This document shows positions 8,259-17,575 of a stretch of 64,000 bases of DNA, piece by piece. How positions within the stretch are numbered: the stretch's first letter is position 1; each line of letters begins with the position of its first letter. A program made the translations under genes and the position numbers. This stretch comes from Deltaproteobacteria bacterium. GTDB taxonomy: Bacteria; Desulfobacterota; Binatia; UBA12015. The notes beneath the pieces were generated by a model, which was not told the DNA's origin, searched no databases, and was given only the letters and a program-made list of their open reading frames with translations. Location: assembly GCA_016874795.1 (NCBI GenBank), contig VGTG01000004.1, forward strand, positions 11,734-75,733, written 5' to 3'.

Positions 8259-9503
8259 TCAGACCTCCGACGGGACGCCGTAGCGCTCCTGGTACTTGAC
8301 GTGGCGCGCGCGCTCGGTCGCGAGATCGAGCCCCGTGTCCGCGAAGCTGTACTCGTGGACGCCGCGCTGGCTTCGCGGCCGCGAAGCGAGCCGCTCGCGG
8401 AGGCGCTCCTCGAAATCGTTCCGGAACGGGATCCCGAAGTGCCCGTAGATCCCGCGGACGCTCTCCAGCGGGTTCGCGACGAGGTCGGCATAGCGCACGT
8501 CGAGGATCTGCTCGTTCGGCACGGCGCCGTCGTCGCGGAGCTTCGCCATGTGGGCGAGCTGGTACTTGAAGCCGAGCCCCATCGACTGGACGATGCCGTC
8601 GTAGTCGACCCGGTCGCTTCGCATCCAGCGGATCGTCGCCATCAGGTTCGAGATCGAGCCGAGCTGGCGCAGCGGATCGCGATGCGTGATCACGACGCGT
8701 GCGTCCGGATACGTCGCGAAGAGAAGCGGCAGGTTGTGCAGGTGGCTCGGTGCCTTCAGCGCCCAGCGCTCCCCGCGATGACGCGACTGCAGGAGCTGCA
8801 GCAGGCGACGGTGATAGTCGTACGCCGGCTTCTGATCCGTCGTGATCGTCCACGTCATGTACGACGGCACGTCGAAGTTGCCGACGAACATGTCCGTCGC
8901 GAGCTGGTGCGCGAGGAGGTAGATGCACTCGCTCGCGAGGCCGCCGCCGACTTCCTGCATCGAGGGGAGGGACGGTATGACCTCGTCCATCAGAGAGACC
9001 TCGCGGTGCGCCGCGAGGATGCGCGGATCGGTGTCGTACGTCGACGGCTCCGGCGGCGGGACCGAGTACATCATCTCCCAGTAGGTCGGCGCGCGCGACG
9101 TCGGATCGCAGGCGAGGAGGTCGTGGAGAAAGGTCGTGCCGGAGCGGCCGAGGCCGGTCACCACGAGCGGCGCTTCGATGCGCTCCCTCTCGACCTCGGG
9201 ATGCCGCTTCCAGTGGTCCTCGATCCGGAGGCGGTTCTCGAGGATGCGCTGCGTCTCGAGGCGCGCGAGGAGCCGGCCGATCAGGTTCAGCCGCGCCTCC
9301 TCCTCGAGCGCAAGGAGGAAGATGCGGAGCGGCTCGCGGAACCAGTCGTCGCCGAAGTCGTCGAGACCCGTCGCTTCCCGAGCGGAGCGGAGGAGCGTCT
9401 CCTCGTCGAGCGGAGCGAGCGCGCGCCCGCCGTCGCCGAGGCTCTCGCCGAGCACGTTCAGACGGTCGACCCACGAGGCTCTCTCCGGTGGCGTCCAGGG
9501 CAT
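8259..9503 (-). CDS. Sulfotransferase family protein
   Basis: 414 aa. VVTGLGRSGTTFLHDLL is a PAPS-binding 5'-PSB loop, typical of bacterial sulfotransferases. Confidence 0.7.
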   Translation of the reverse strand: MPWTPPERASWVDRLNVLGESLGDGGRALAPLDEETLLRSAREATGLDDFGDDWFREPLRIFLLALEEEARLNLIGRLLARLETQRILENRLRIEDHWKRHPEVERERIEAPLVVTGLGRSGTTFLHDLLACDPTSRAPTYWEMMYSVPPPEPSTYDTDPRILAAHREVSLMDEVIPSLPSMQEVGGGLASECIYLLAHQLATDMFVGNFDVPSYMTWTITTDQKPAYDYHRRLLQLLQSRHRGERWALKAPSHLHNLPLLFATYPDARVVITHRDPLRQLGSISNLMATIRWMRSDRVDYDGIVQSMGLGFKYQLAHMAKLRDDGAVPNEQILDVRYADLVANPLESVRGIYGHFGIPFRNDFEERLRERLASRPRSQRGVHEYSFADTGLDLATERARHVKYQERYGVPSEV

Positions 9504-9579
9504 GCGACGGTCTCGCGCGCTTCGTCGCAGGCGTCAAGTGACGCGCGCCGTCGCGCTGTGTGTGCTAGGCCGGTCCGCC

Positions 9580-10053
9580 ATGGCGGAGGACGGCGGCGAG
9601 AAGCTCATCGCGCAGAACCGGAAGGCGCGCCACGAGTACTTCATCGACGAGCGGTTCGAGGCCGGCATCGTGCTGACCGGACCCGAGGTGAAGTCGCTGC
9701 GCGACGGCCAGGTGAACCTCCGCGACTCGTACGCGCGCGTGACGAAGGACGGGGAGATGGTCCTCGTCGGCGTGCACATCTCACCTTACGGCCACGCCGC
9801 GCGAGAAGAGCTCGATCCCGATCGGGCGCGGAAGCTCCTTCTTCACCGTCGTGAAATCGACCGGCTCGCCGGGAAGGTACGCGAGCGCGGCTTCACGCTC
9901 ATTCCGACGCGGCTCTACTGGAAGGGCGGCCGCGCCAAGGTCGAGATCGGTCTCGCGCGCGGCAAGGAGCACCGCGACAAGCGCGAGGACCTGCGGAAAG
10001 CCGAGCAGCGGCGCGAGATCGATCGCGCGATGAAGTCGCGGCGGCGCGGTTAG
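9580..10053 (+). CDS. smpB: SsrA-binding protein
   Basis: KLIAQNRKARHEYFIDERFEAGIVLTGPEVKSLR...RLYWKG is the canonical SmpB sequence. It lies 3.8 kb upstream of ssrA. Confidence 0.9.
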   Translation: MAEDGGEKLIAQNRKARHEYFIDERFEAGIVLTGPEVKSLRDGQVNLRDSYARVTKDGEMVLVGVHISPYGHAAREELDPDRARKLLLHRREIDRLAGKVRERGFTLIPTRLYWKGGRAKVEIGLARGKEHRDKREDLRKAEQRREIDRAMKSRRRG

Positions 10054-10279
10054 CGGGCGCGCGGCCCCCGGTTCGTCGCGCGCTGCACCGGCTCGACGAA
10101 AGAGCGGTCGGCGCGTCCGAGCCTCCCGGGCTCGGGCGCGCCTCCCCGCGCTCCGTCCCCGAAGCGCCCAGCCACCCCTCATCTCAAACCGCGTAGGGTC
10201 TATCGGCACGCCCCGCGGGAGCTTTAGCCGCCGCCGTAGTCGACCGTTCGATTTCCGCGGGGCATAGTCCCGTCGTGAG

Positions 10280-12133
10280 GTGGAATCGCTGATGGATCCG
10301 GCTGCCGCCGATCGCGGTCGCGGGATGCGCATCGCCTGGCGGTTCCTGCTCCCGGCGGTCGCGGCCGTTCTCGGCACGCTGCTCGTCGCCGTCCCCTGGC
10401 TCGTCTGGACGCTCGACCAGGAGCAGATCGCCGCGCTCGTCGCGCGACTCGACGGCGAGGCACGCGAGGCCGGGGCCGTCCTGCCGTGGCAGTCGGGGCC
10501 CGATCTCGACCGGGCCGCCGCGGTCGTGAGCAAGCGTCTCGGAGCGAGGATCACGGTCATCGCGCCCGACGGCAAGGTGCTCGGAGAATCGACGCCGCAC
10601 GAGACTTCGCTCGAGAGCCACGTGAACCGACCCGAGGTGCAGGACGCCTTGACGAGCGGCGGGGGCAACGTCGTGCGGTGGAGCGACACGATCGACCGCC
10701 GGCTTCTCTACGTCGCGCAGCTCGACGAGCGCGACGGGGAGCGGCGCGTGATCCGCATCGCCGTCCCGATCGGCTCCGTCTCGGAGCACCTGCTGCGTCT
10801 GCGCGCTCCGATGACCATGGCGCTCGCGGCTGCGATCGCTCTCGGTCTCGGCGTCGCCTGGCTCGTGTCGAGCGCCATGCGTCGCCGCGTGCAGCGGATG
10901 GTCGACTTCGCCGCGGCGCTCGCTGCCGGCGCACCCGCGCCGCAGATGGCGACCGAACGCACCGACGAGCTCGGCCTCCTCGAGGCGCAGCTCGCGGAGA
11001 TGGCGAGCACGATCCAGGTCGCGCTCGCGACGATGCGTGTCGAGCGCGAGCGGCTCGAGGCGATCCTGAGCGGCATGGTCGAGGGCGTGCTCGTCACCGA
11101 TCTCGACGGCCGCGTCGTGCTGCTGAACGCACGCGCGCGCGAGCTGCTCGCCGTTCCGGCGAGCGTCGAGGCTTCGGGCCGCCCGCTGATCGATTTCGTC
11201 CGCGATCCGGCCTTCGCCGAGATTCCGCGGCTGCTGCGTACCGGGGACGGGGTCGTCTCGCGAGAGGTGTCGCTGAGCATGCCGGGGGAGGGTGGCCGCT
11301 GGCTGCAGGTGAACGGCGCGCGGCTCCGAGGGGCCGCGGGCGTGCCCTTCGGCCTCGTTCTCGTGCTGCACGACGTCTCCGAGCTGCGTCGTCTCGAGAC
11401 GGTTCGGCGCGACTTCATCGCGAACGTCTCGCACGAGCTCCGGACGCCGCTGACCGCGATCAAGGGCTACGCGGAGATGCTGCTCGGTCCGGCGGGCGAG
11501 AAGCGGGACACGGCTCTCCGCTACCTCGAGATCATCGACCGGCATTCCGAGCGCCTCGGCCGGCTGATCGACGATCTGTTCGCGCTCTCCGACCTGGAGT
11601 TCGGTCGCGCTCCGCTGCGACGGCGCGCCGTCGCCGTGAGCCCGGCGATCGTCGACGTCGTGCAGATCCTGGGAGAGCGCGCCTCGCAGGGGGGCCTGAC
11701 GTTGAGCACGGAGATCTCGGAGGGACTTCCGCTCGTGCAGGCGGATCCGGATCGGCTGCGCCAGGTGCTGATCAACCTCGTCGACAACGCCGTCAAGTAC
11801 ACTCCGGAGGGCGGACGCGTCACGATCTCCGCCCGACCAACGAAGCTCGGAAGCGGCGACGCCGTGGAGCTCGCTGTCGCCGATACGGGCATCGGGATCC
11901 CGAGCCAGGACCTGCCGCGGCTGACCGAGCGGTTCTTCCGCGTCGACAAGACGCGCTCGCGCGATCTCGGCGGAACGGGTCTCGGTCTCGCGATCGTGAA
12001 GCACATCGTGCAGGGACACGGCGGGCGCCTCGCGATCGAAAGCACGCTCGGGCGCGGAACGACGGTGATCGTCACGCTCCCCGCGACGGCGCCGCCGACG
12101 CCGTCCACTGCCACTGCTGCGCCCGGCGCGTGA
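10280..12133 (+). CDS. Sensor histidine kinase, PhoR-like (TM, PAS, HisKA, HATPase_c)
   Basis: H-box FIANVSHELRTPLTAIKGY, N-box LINLVDNAVKYT, G-boxes DTGIGI and GGTGLGLAIVK. It sits upstream of phoU-like and pit genes, and no response regulator is adjacent. The start is ambiguous (GTG 10280, ATG 10292 or 10325). Confidence 0.8.
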   Translation: MESLMDPAAADRGRGMRIAWRFLLPAVAAVLGTLLVAVPWLVWTLDQEQIAALVARLDGEAREAGAVLPWQSGPDLDRAAAVVSKRLGARITVIAPDGKVLGESTPHETSLESHVNRPEVQDALTSGGGNVVRWSDTIDRRLLYVAQLDERDGERRVIRIAVPIGSVSEHLLRLRAPMTMALAAAIALGLGVAWLVSSAMRRRVQRMVDFAAALAAGAPAPQMATERTDELGLLEAQLAEMASTIQVALATMRVERERLEAILSGMVEGVLVTDLDGRVVLLNARARELLAVPASVEASGRPLIDFVRDPAFAEIPRLLRTGDGVVSREVSLSMPGEGGRWLQVNGARLRGAAGVPFGLVLVLHDVSELRRLETVRRDFIANVSHELRTPLTAIKGYAEMLLGPAGEKRDTALRYLEIIDRHSERLGRLIDDLFALSDLEFGRAPLRRRAVAVSPAIVDVVQILGERASQGGLTLSTEISEGLPLVQADPDRLRQVLINLVDNAVKYTPEGGRVTISARPTKLGSGDAVELAVADTGIGIPSQDLPRLTERFFRVDKTRSRDLGGTGLGLAIVKHIVQGHGGRLAIESTLGRGTTVIVTLPATAPPTPSTATAAPGA

Positions 12134-12173
12134 GCTTGCCTTTCTGGTGGCGCGTCGATAGAAGCCGCGCGAG

Positions 12174-12800
12174 ATGTTGCGTCGATTCCTTCCGCGGGAA
12201 GAAGATTTCTTCGGCCTCTTCGAGCGCCATGCCGCGCTCACGGTCGAGGGTGCAAGAGAGATGCAGCGCCTGGTCCAGGGCGGTCAGAACGCCAGGGTCC
12301 TCGCCGCTCGGATCAAGGAGCACGAGCACGAGGCCGACGTGCTCACGCACGCCTGCGTGGAGCGCCTTCACAAGACGTTCATCACCCCGTTCGACCGCGA
12401 CGACATCCACCGGCTGATCACGCGCATGGACGACGTGATGGACTACGTCGAGTCGGCCGCGATCTCGGTGATGCTGTACGAGCTCGTCGAGATGACCGAG
12501 CCCGCCCGTCAGCTCGCGGACGTCCTCGTGCGCTCGACGGAGTCGGTGGCGATTGCCGTCGGCGGGCTGAAGTCGATCAAGCAGTCGGAGTCGATCCTGC
12601 AGGCGTGCATCGAGGTGAACCGCCTGGAGAACGAGGGGGACGAGATCCTTCGGGCGGCGCTCGCGGACCTGTTCCGCGGGGCGACGGATCCGCTGCTCGT
12701 GCTGAAGTGGAAAGAGGTCTACGAGGCGCTCGAGACCGCGACGGACCGCTGCGAGGACGTCGCGAACATCATCGAGGGTGTCGTCCTCGAGCACGCCTGA
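12174..12800 (+). CDS. PhoU-like phosphate transport regulator (DUF47 / Pit-accessory family)
   Basis: 208 aa, helical, with the typical pairing immediately upstream of a PiT transporter. Confidence 0.8.
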   Translation: MLRRFLPREEDFFGLFERHAALTVEGAREMQRLVQGGQNARVLAARIKEHEHEADVLTHACVERLHKTFITPFDRDDIHRLITRMDDVMDYVESAAISVMLYELVEMTEPARQLADVLVRSTESVAIAVGGLKSIKQSESILQACIEVNRLENEGDEILRAALADLFRGATDPLLVLKWKEVYEALETATDRCEDVANIIEGVVLEHA

Positions 12801-12803
12801 TCC

Positions 12804-13784
12804 ATGGAGCTCATCGTCGCCGCCGTCGTCGTGGTGGCGCTCGTCTTCGACTTCGTCAACGGCTTCCACGACGCCGCCAACTCGATCGCGACCGTCGTTT
12901 CGACGCGCGTCCTGTCGCCGAAGTACGCGGTGATCTGGGCGGCGTTCTTCAACTTCATCGCGTTCCTGGTCTTCGAGACGCACGTCGCGACGACGATCGG
13001 CAGCGGCGTCGTCGACCAGGGTGTGATCGACACACCGGTCGTGTTCGCGGCGCTCTTCGGGGCGATCGCGTGGGACCTGATCACGTGGTGGTTCGGGATC
13101 CCGTCGAGCTCGTCGCATGCTCTGATCGGCGGGCTCGCCGGCGCGGCGGTCGCGAAGTCGGGCGCGGACGTGCTGCACGCGGACGGGCTCACGAAGATCG
13201 GCTTCTCGATCGTGCTTTCGCCGATGGTCGGGCTGACGCTCGGCTTCATCTTGATGGTGGCGGTCTTCTGGATCTTCCGGCGTTCCACGCCTTCGCGTGT
13301 CGACGGGCTCTTCCGGCACGGACAGCTCCTGTCCGCGGCGCTTTACAGCCTGGGCCACGGCGGCAACGACGCGCAGAAGACGATGGGCATCATCGCGGTG
13401 CTGCTCTACGCGAACGGGTTTCTCGGGGACACGTTCCACGTGCCGCTCTGGGTGGTGCTCGCGTGTCACGCGGCGATGGGGCTCGGGACGCTGTCCGGCG
13501 GATGGCGGATCGTACGGACGATGGGGCTCCGGATCACGAAGCTGAAGCCGGTCGGCGGCTTCTGCGCGGAGACGGGTGGGGCGATCACGCTTTTCCTCGC
13601 GACCCACCTGGGTATCCCCGTGTCGACCACGCACACGATCACCGGGGCGATCGTCGGGGTCGGGTCGGTGACCAGCGCCTCGGCGGTGCGGTGGGGGGTC
13701 GCCGGGAGGATCGTCTGGGCGTGGATCCTGACGATCCCGTGCTCGGCGTTCATCTCGGCCGCGACCTGGGCGATTTTTCACTGA
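12804..13784 (+). CDS. pit: Inorganic phosphate transporter, PiT family
   Basis: FVNGFHDAANSIATVVST and GHGGNDAQKTMGI are duplicated PHO4 signature motifs. The protein is polytopic. Confidence 0.85.
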   Translation: MELIVAAVVVVALVFDFVNGFHDAANSIATVVSTRVLSPKYAVIWAAFFNFIAFLVFETHVATTIGSGVVDQGVIDTPVVFAALFGAIAWDLITWWFGIPSSSSHALIGGLAGAAVAKSGADVLHADGLTKIGFSIVLSPMVGLTLGFILMVAVFWIFRRSTPSRVDGLFRHGQLLSAALYSLGHGGNDAQKTMGIIAVLLYANGFLGDTFHVPLWVVLACHAAMGLGTLSGGWRIVRTMGLRITKLKPVGGFCAETGGAITLFLATHLGIPVSTTHTITGAIVGVGSVTSASAVRWGVAGRIVWAWILTIPCSAFISAATWAIFH

Positions 13785-13829
13785 GTGGACGGGGGAGGGG
13801 AGCCGCTCCTCCACGGCGGTCGAACCGGG

Positions 13830-13877
13830 GCCCTTTCGAGGCCCGAGGATCGTGTTTATACTCGGAGGGTCGCTGAT
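13830..13877 (+). promoter_or_regulatory. Candidate pit terminator hairpin (GGGCC-ctttcga-GGCCC) and ssrA promoter (-10 TATACT about 8 nt before the tmRNA 5' end)
   Basis: Direct reading; the position relative to the tmRNA 5' GGGGG fits. Confidence 0.35.
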
Positions 13878-14233
13878 GGGGGCGACCAGGTTTCGACGGA
13901 GGTTATGAGGTCGAGGGCTGCACGCCGAGGATCCCGGTTGGCCTCGTTAATCATCCGGGGCTGCAAACTAACTGCAGACAATTTCTACCACCTCCAGGCG
14001 GCTTAGTTCCGCCCGGCGCTCGCCCGGTCCTCTCCCGAGGGGCTGAAGCGAGTGTCATTTAATCGGGATCGGAGTCGCGCCCCTGCCAGGGAGCGCGCCT
14101 CTTAAACTTTCCTGGCTGGCTGCAGCGGACCCCGCTCACGGGGGCCAAAGCGGCGAGATCAAATCGTGAGCTAAGCGTGTAGTGGCTTTCGGTCGAGTGC
14201 CTTCGGACGGGGGTTCGATTCCCCCCGCCTCCA
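13878..14233 (+). ncRNA. ssrA: tmRNA (transfer-messenger RNA, one-piece)
   Basis: The 5' acceptor GGGGGCGACCAGGTTTCGACGG and the 3' T-arm/acceptor GGACGGGGGTTCGATTCCCCCCGCCTCCA align with E. coli tmRNA, including the GCCGAGG...GGCCTCG pseudoknot region. The internal tag frame is ...GCA GAC AAT TTC TAC CAC CTC CAG GCG GCT TAG (ends AA-stop). Confidence 0.85.
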
Positions 14234-15332
14234 GTGTTGCGACCAGTTCGAACCTGCTTCCGAGGTCGGCCTGGTCGAGAAGGTCGAGAACCTCGAGAGA
14301 GGTGTCGGCCTGGTAGTACGGCTTCCCGACCTCCGGCCGCAGCGGCCGGAGGCGGATCGGGCCGAGAACGCGGCGCAGGACGAGGGCGGACCGAGAGGTG
14401 TTCCGGTTCAGGACCTCGGCGAACGGTCGCAGGCGATCCGCGATCCATTCGATCGGGGGTGCCTGGAACACGGCTTCGACGGTCGCTTCGAGAGCACCGA
14501 CCTCGATCCGCAACCGATCGACTTCGCGCTCGGCTTCTTCCAGCGCCTGTCCAAGCGCACGCGTGCCCTTGCCGTCGGCGATGAACTCGATGAAGTTGGC
14601 GACGCGCCGCCGCTCGACGTCGAGCTTGCCGCGGGTGAGCTTGAGCGTTTCCGGCACGTCCGCATGCAGTCGCTTCACTTCCACTTCCACGCGGTCCAAA
14701 ACGTAGCGGATCGACGCGGAGTCGGAGATGTGCTCGCGGATGGCGGCGAGGACGCACTTCTCCGCGACGCTTCGCCGGACGAGGAGCTTGTTCTCGCAGG
14801 CCGCCTTCGAGGCTCCGAGGCATCCGTAATGTCCGCCGCTCTTGCCACTCACCTGCGCCATCGACTTTCCGCAGCTCCCGCACCGGAGGAGTCCGGCGAG
14901 CAGGTGAGGCGGATTCGTCTCGACGTAGCTCCGCTGACGCCCCGCCGCTCCCTTCGGCCCCCGACGAACCGGCCACACGCGGCCGACCTCCTGCCAGCGC
15001 TTCGTGACCCGCTGCCAGCAATCCTCGGAGACGAGGCGGAGGTCTTCGTCCTGCCGGACGTCCCATTCGTTTTCGGGCTTGGGCACTCGACGCTTGCGGC
15101 CGGTGAGCGGGTCGCGGCGGGTTTCGGTTCGATTCCAGATCCAGCGCCCGCTGTACTTCTGGTTCTTGAGGACCCGGCTGACCGTGGACGGCGACCACCT
15201 CTTCCACAGACCCTTCCGTCCGGGAACACCACGAGCATTGAGGTCGGCGACGATCGCTTTGATCGAGACGCCCGCGGCGAAGTCGCCGAAGATCTTCCGC
15301 ACGACCTCCGCTTGCGCCGGATAGGGCTTCAT
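14136..15332 (-). pseudogene. Large serine recombinase lacking the N-terminal resolvase catalytic domain (recombinase domain, zinc-ribbon and coiled-coil only). Its 3' end overlaps the ssrA 3' end
   Basis: The ORF begins directly in the recombinase domain (KIFGDFAAGVSIKAIVADLNARGVPGRKG...STVSRVLKNQKYSG), then the zinc ribbon (LLRCGSCGKSM...YGC) and coiled-coil. No resolvase-type Ser catalytic domain was found upstream in the minus frames read. The sequence upstream of 15332 instead encodes a transposase on the other strand. Confidence 0.65.
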
Positions 15333-16148
15333 CCGGTAGCCCTCCGGCCGAGGCCGGCCGCGAAGGACGCGGTCTCACGCCTGGTCGGGCGGATGAGCGA
15401 AGACTTCGAGTCCTGGCGGACGCGGGATCTGGCGAACGAAGGAATCGTCTACTTGTTCATGGACGGGTGGTACCCGAAGGTTCGCATCGGCAAGCGGCGG
15501 GCACGTGTTCCGGTGCTCGTGACCCTTGGCGTTCGCAGCGACGGCGAGAAGGTCGTGCTGGACATGCGGATAGCGGGTGACGAGACCACGGCTGCTTGGG
15601 GGGAGGTGGTGGCCGACCTGGCGAAGCGCAAGCTGGGAGGGCCGATCCTCGCGGTGATTGACGGGAATCCCGGGCTGGCGGAGGCGCTGCGGGGGGAGTG
15701 GCGGAAGATCGAGATCCAGCGATGCACCGTTCACAAGTTGCGCAACCTTGAGGCGAAAGCGCCTGCATCGCTGCGCGAGGAGCTTCGCGAGGACTACCGG
15801 CGGATGATCTACGGCAAGACGGCCACCGATGTCGAGAATGCGCGGGGCCCGTTCGTGAAGAAGTGGAAGCTCCGTTGTCCTGCAGTGGTGAGAAGCTTCG
15901 AGGAGGCGGGGGACGACCTCTTCACCTTCCTGCGCTTCCCGAAGACCCAATGGCGAGCCTTGCGGACGACGAATGCACTTGAGCGGATCAACGAGGATTT
16001 CCGCCCCCGGACGAAGACGCAGGCAAGCCTGCCGAACGAGGACGCGGTGCTGCTCCCGCTCTTCGGCGTGCTGCGGAGTGGCAAGGTCAAGATGCGGAAG
16101 CTCGACGGCTGGGAGGAGATGGCGAGGCGAGAGAGAAAGGCAGCGTAG
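15330..16148 (+). mobile_element. IS256-family (mutator-type) transposase fragment, N-terminal roughly third missing
   Basis: YLFMDGWYPKVRIGKRRARVPVLVTLGVRSDGEKVVLDM...ILAVIDGNPGLAEAL...CTVHKLRNL...ALRTTNALERINEDFRPRTK are hallmark IS256 Tnp blocks covering the DDE region. Homology begins abruptly where the recombinase fragment ends. No intact inverted repeats were verified. Confidence 0.7.
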
Positions 16149-16193
16149 GCGAGAAAGTCGCCGGAGATAGCGTCAACCAACTATTACACCACT

Positions 16194-16354
16194 TGACAGA
16201 CACTACCGGTGAAGGTCTTCCAGTCGACAGTCGCGTTCCACACGTGCTCAAAGCGCGACAGTGCCCAGGACCCGAGGCGCTCGTTGCGGTAGACCGGCGC
16301 TTCCTCACGAAGCCGCCGGTAGGCGGGGTAGGGGTCCTCGTGGATCTCCCACGA
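16194..16354 (-). pseudogene. Cytochrome P450 N-terminal stub (about 53 codons) truncated at the IS fragment
   Basis: Minus-strand frame gives SWEIHEDPYPAYRRLREEAPVYRNERLGSWALSRFEHVWNATVDWKTF then a stop. It closely parallels the N-terminus of the P450 at 50084-51265 (FSREIFDDPYPVYRRLRDEAPVYRCEEVGMWVLSRFEDVWSAL). Confidence 0.55.
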
Positions 16355-16616
16355 CGTCGTACGTGCCCGGACGAATCTCTCGCAGGCTGCTCGGATCGAA
16401 GCCCCACTCGCTCTTGGGCAACGTGACGACGGCGTTCAGGAACGGCGCGAACGCGGCACCCGCCTCCCACTGCCACGGCTGCATCTGGCTCCCAGGATCG
16501 AGGACCAGACGCGGGGCGCGCTCGAGCCAGCGCTTCGGCAGGTGCCTCTCGAAGACGTCAGGTGGCTCGATGATGTGATCGTCCACGCTCACGAGGATCA
16601 TGTCGTCGAGCTTCAT
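16305..16616 (-). pseudogene. Amidohydrolase-2 (PF04909-type) N-terminal stub, about 90 codons, joined out of frame to the P450 stub
   Basis: MKLDDMILVSVDDHIIEPPDVFERHLP...LREIRPGTYDV parallels the N-terminus of the intact amidohydrolase at 30364 (LVLVSVDDHLVEPPDMFERHVP...MREGCYDV). Homology stops at about 16352, where the sequence switches frame into P450 homology. Confidence 0.6.
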
Positions 16617-16653
16617 CGAAGGTCCTCCCTTGCCGTCTTCGGACCAGTCTTCG

Positions 16654-17460
16654 TCACTTCGCTCGGCCGCCCGTCTCCTGCATCATCCGCGCGAGGTGAG
16701 CCTGGAAGTCCTTGTGCGCGGCGACGGTGGTCGTCATGTCCGCCGACATCTGCTGGTGGATGCGGAAGCCCATCAGCTCCCAGGCGCGTTTGAGCAGAAG
16801 CTTGCACGCGGTGAGCGTCGTGACCGGACACATCGCGATCTGCGCGGCCATCTCCTCGACCGTCTCCTCGAGCTTGTCGCGCGGAACGACCTCGTTCACG
16901 ATGCCGAGCTCGAGCGCCTGCTGCGCGGTGAGCTTCCGGCGAAGGTAGAGGTACTCGGCCGCGCGCTTGTAGTTCATGAAGATCCACGGCTCGATCATCG
17001 TCTCCGCGCCCGGCAGGCCCATCAGGTACGTGTGCGGCATCTGGAACCACGCGTCCTCCGAGCAGACCGTGATGTCCGGGAGGAGCGCCCAGTACGATCC
17101 GCCGCCGGCGGCGTAGCCGTGGACCTGTGCGATCGTCGGCTTCGGGAACTCCCACAGCCGGAGCATCGGGTGCAGAAAGAGCTTCGTGTGTCCCTGCCAG
17201 GTCGTTCCTGTACGCTCGAGGTTCTCCTTGAACTCGGGATAGTCGCCGGTCGCGACGTGCCCGGAGGAGAAGCCTCGTGCGGTCGACTTGATGATCAGAA
17301 CCTTGACGTCGTAGTCGTACTCCGCGAGCCCTAGGGCCTTGTCGAAGGCCCACACCATCTCCGAGTCCTGCAGGTTGGCCTTCTCCGGCCAGTTCATGAT
17401 GAGCCGGGAAACGGCGCCGTCCTTCTCGTAGATCACTCGTCCCAGGTCTTGTCGTTCCAT
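16654..17460 (-). CDS. Enoyl-CoA hydratase/isomerase (crotonase) family
   Basis: MERQDLGRVIYEKDGAVSRLIMNWPEKANLQ... has a crotonase fold with oxyanion-hole region HGYAAGGG. The longer six-frame ORF upstream of the ATG is Arg/Ser-rich junk. Confidence 0.8.
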   Translation of the reverse strand: MERQDLGRVIYEKDGAVSRLIMNWPEKANLQDSEMVWAFDKALGLAEYDYDVKVLIIKSTARGFSSGHVATGDYPEFKENLERTGTTWQGHTKLFLHPMLRLWEFPKPTIAQVHGYAAGGGSYWALLPDITVCSEDAWFQMPHTYLMGLPGAETMIEPWIFMNYKRAAEYLYLRRKLTAQQALELGIVNEVVPRDKLEETVEEMAAQIAMCPVTTLTACKLLLKRAWELMGFRIHQQMSADMTTTVAAHKDFQAHLARMMQETGGRAK

Positions 17461-17575
17461 GGCATGCCTCCTAGTGAGACCAGAGGTCTCACAAATATAG
17501 GCGCGGATACAAGTCTTGCAATCCGTTTCAGATGCCAATAGCGTGCGGCGCGAGACCGACGGTCTCACCGCGCCA

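Noticed and set aside
7831-12241. Very long ORFs 7831..9537(-, 568 aa) and 10184..12241(-, 685 aa)
   Set aside because: They overlap the sulfotransferase, smpB and the phoR-like kinase, and have no recognisable domains and an extreme Arg/Pro bias.
12072-13876. ORFs 12072..13814(-) and 12605..13876(+) overlapping the phoU-like and pit genes
   Set aside because: These are antisense and alternate-frame artefacts. PiT and the DUF47 protein have clear signatures.
16149-16193. Right inverted repeat of the IS256 element
   Set aside because: The segment is short and locally AT-richer (caaccaactattacaccacttgacag), but I could not match it to a left IR because the left end is deleted. The IS boundaries were left uncalled.
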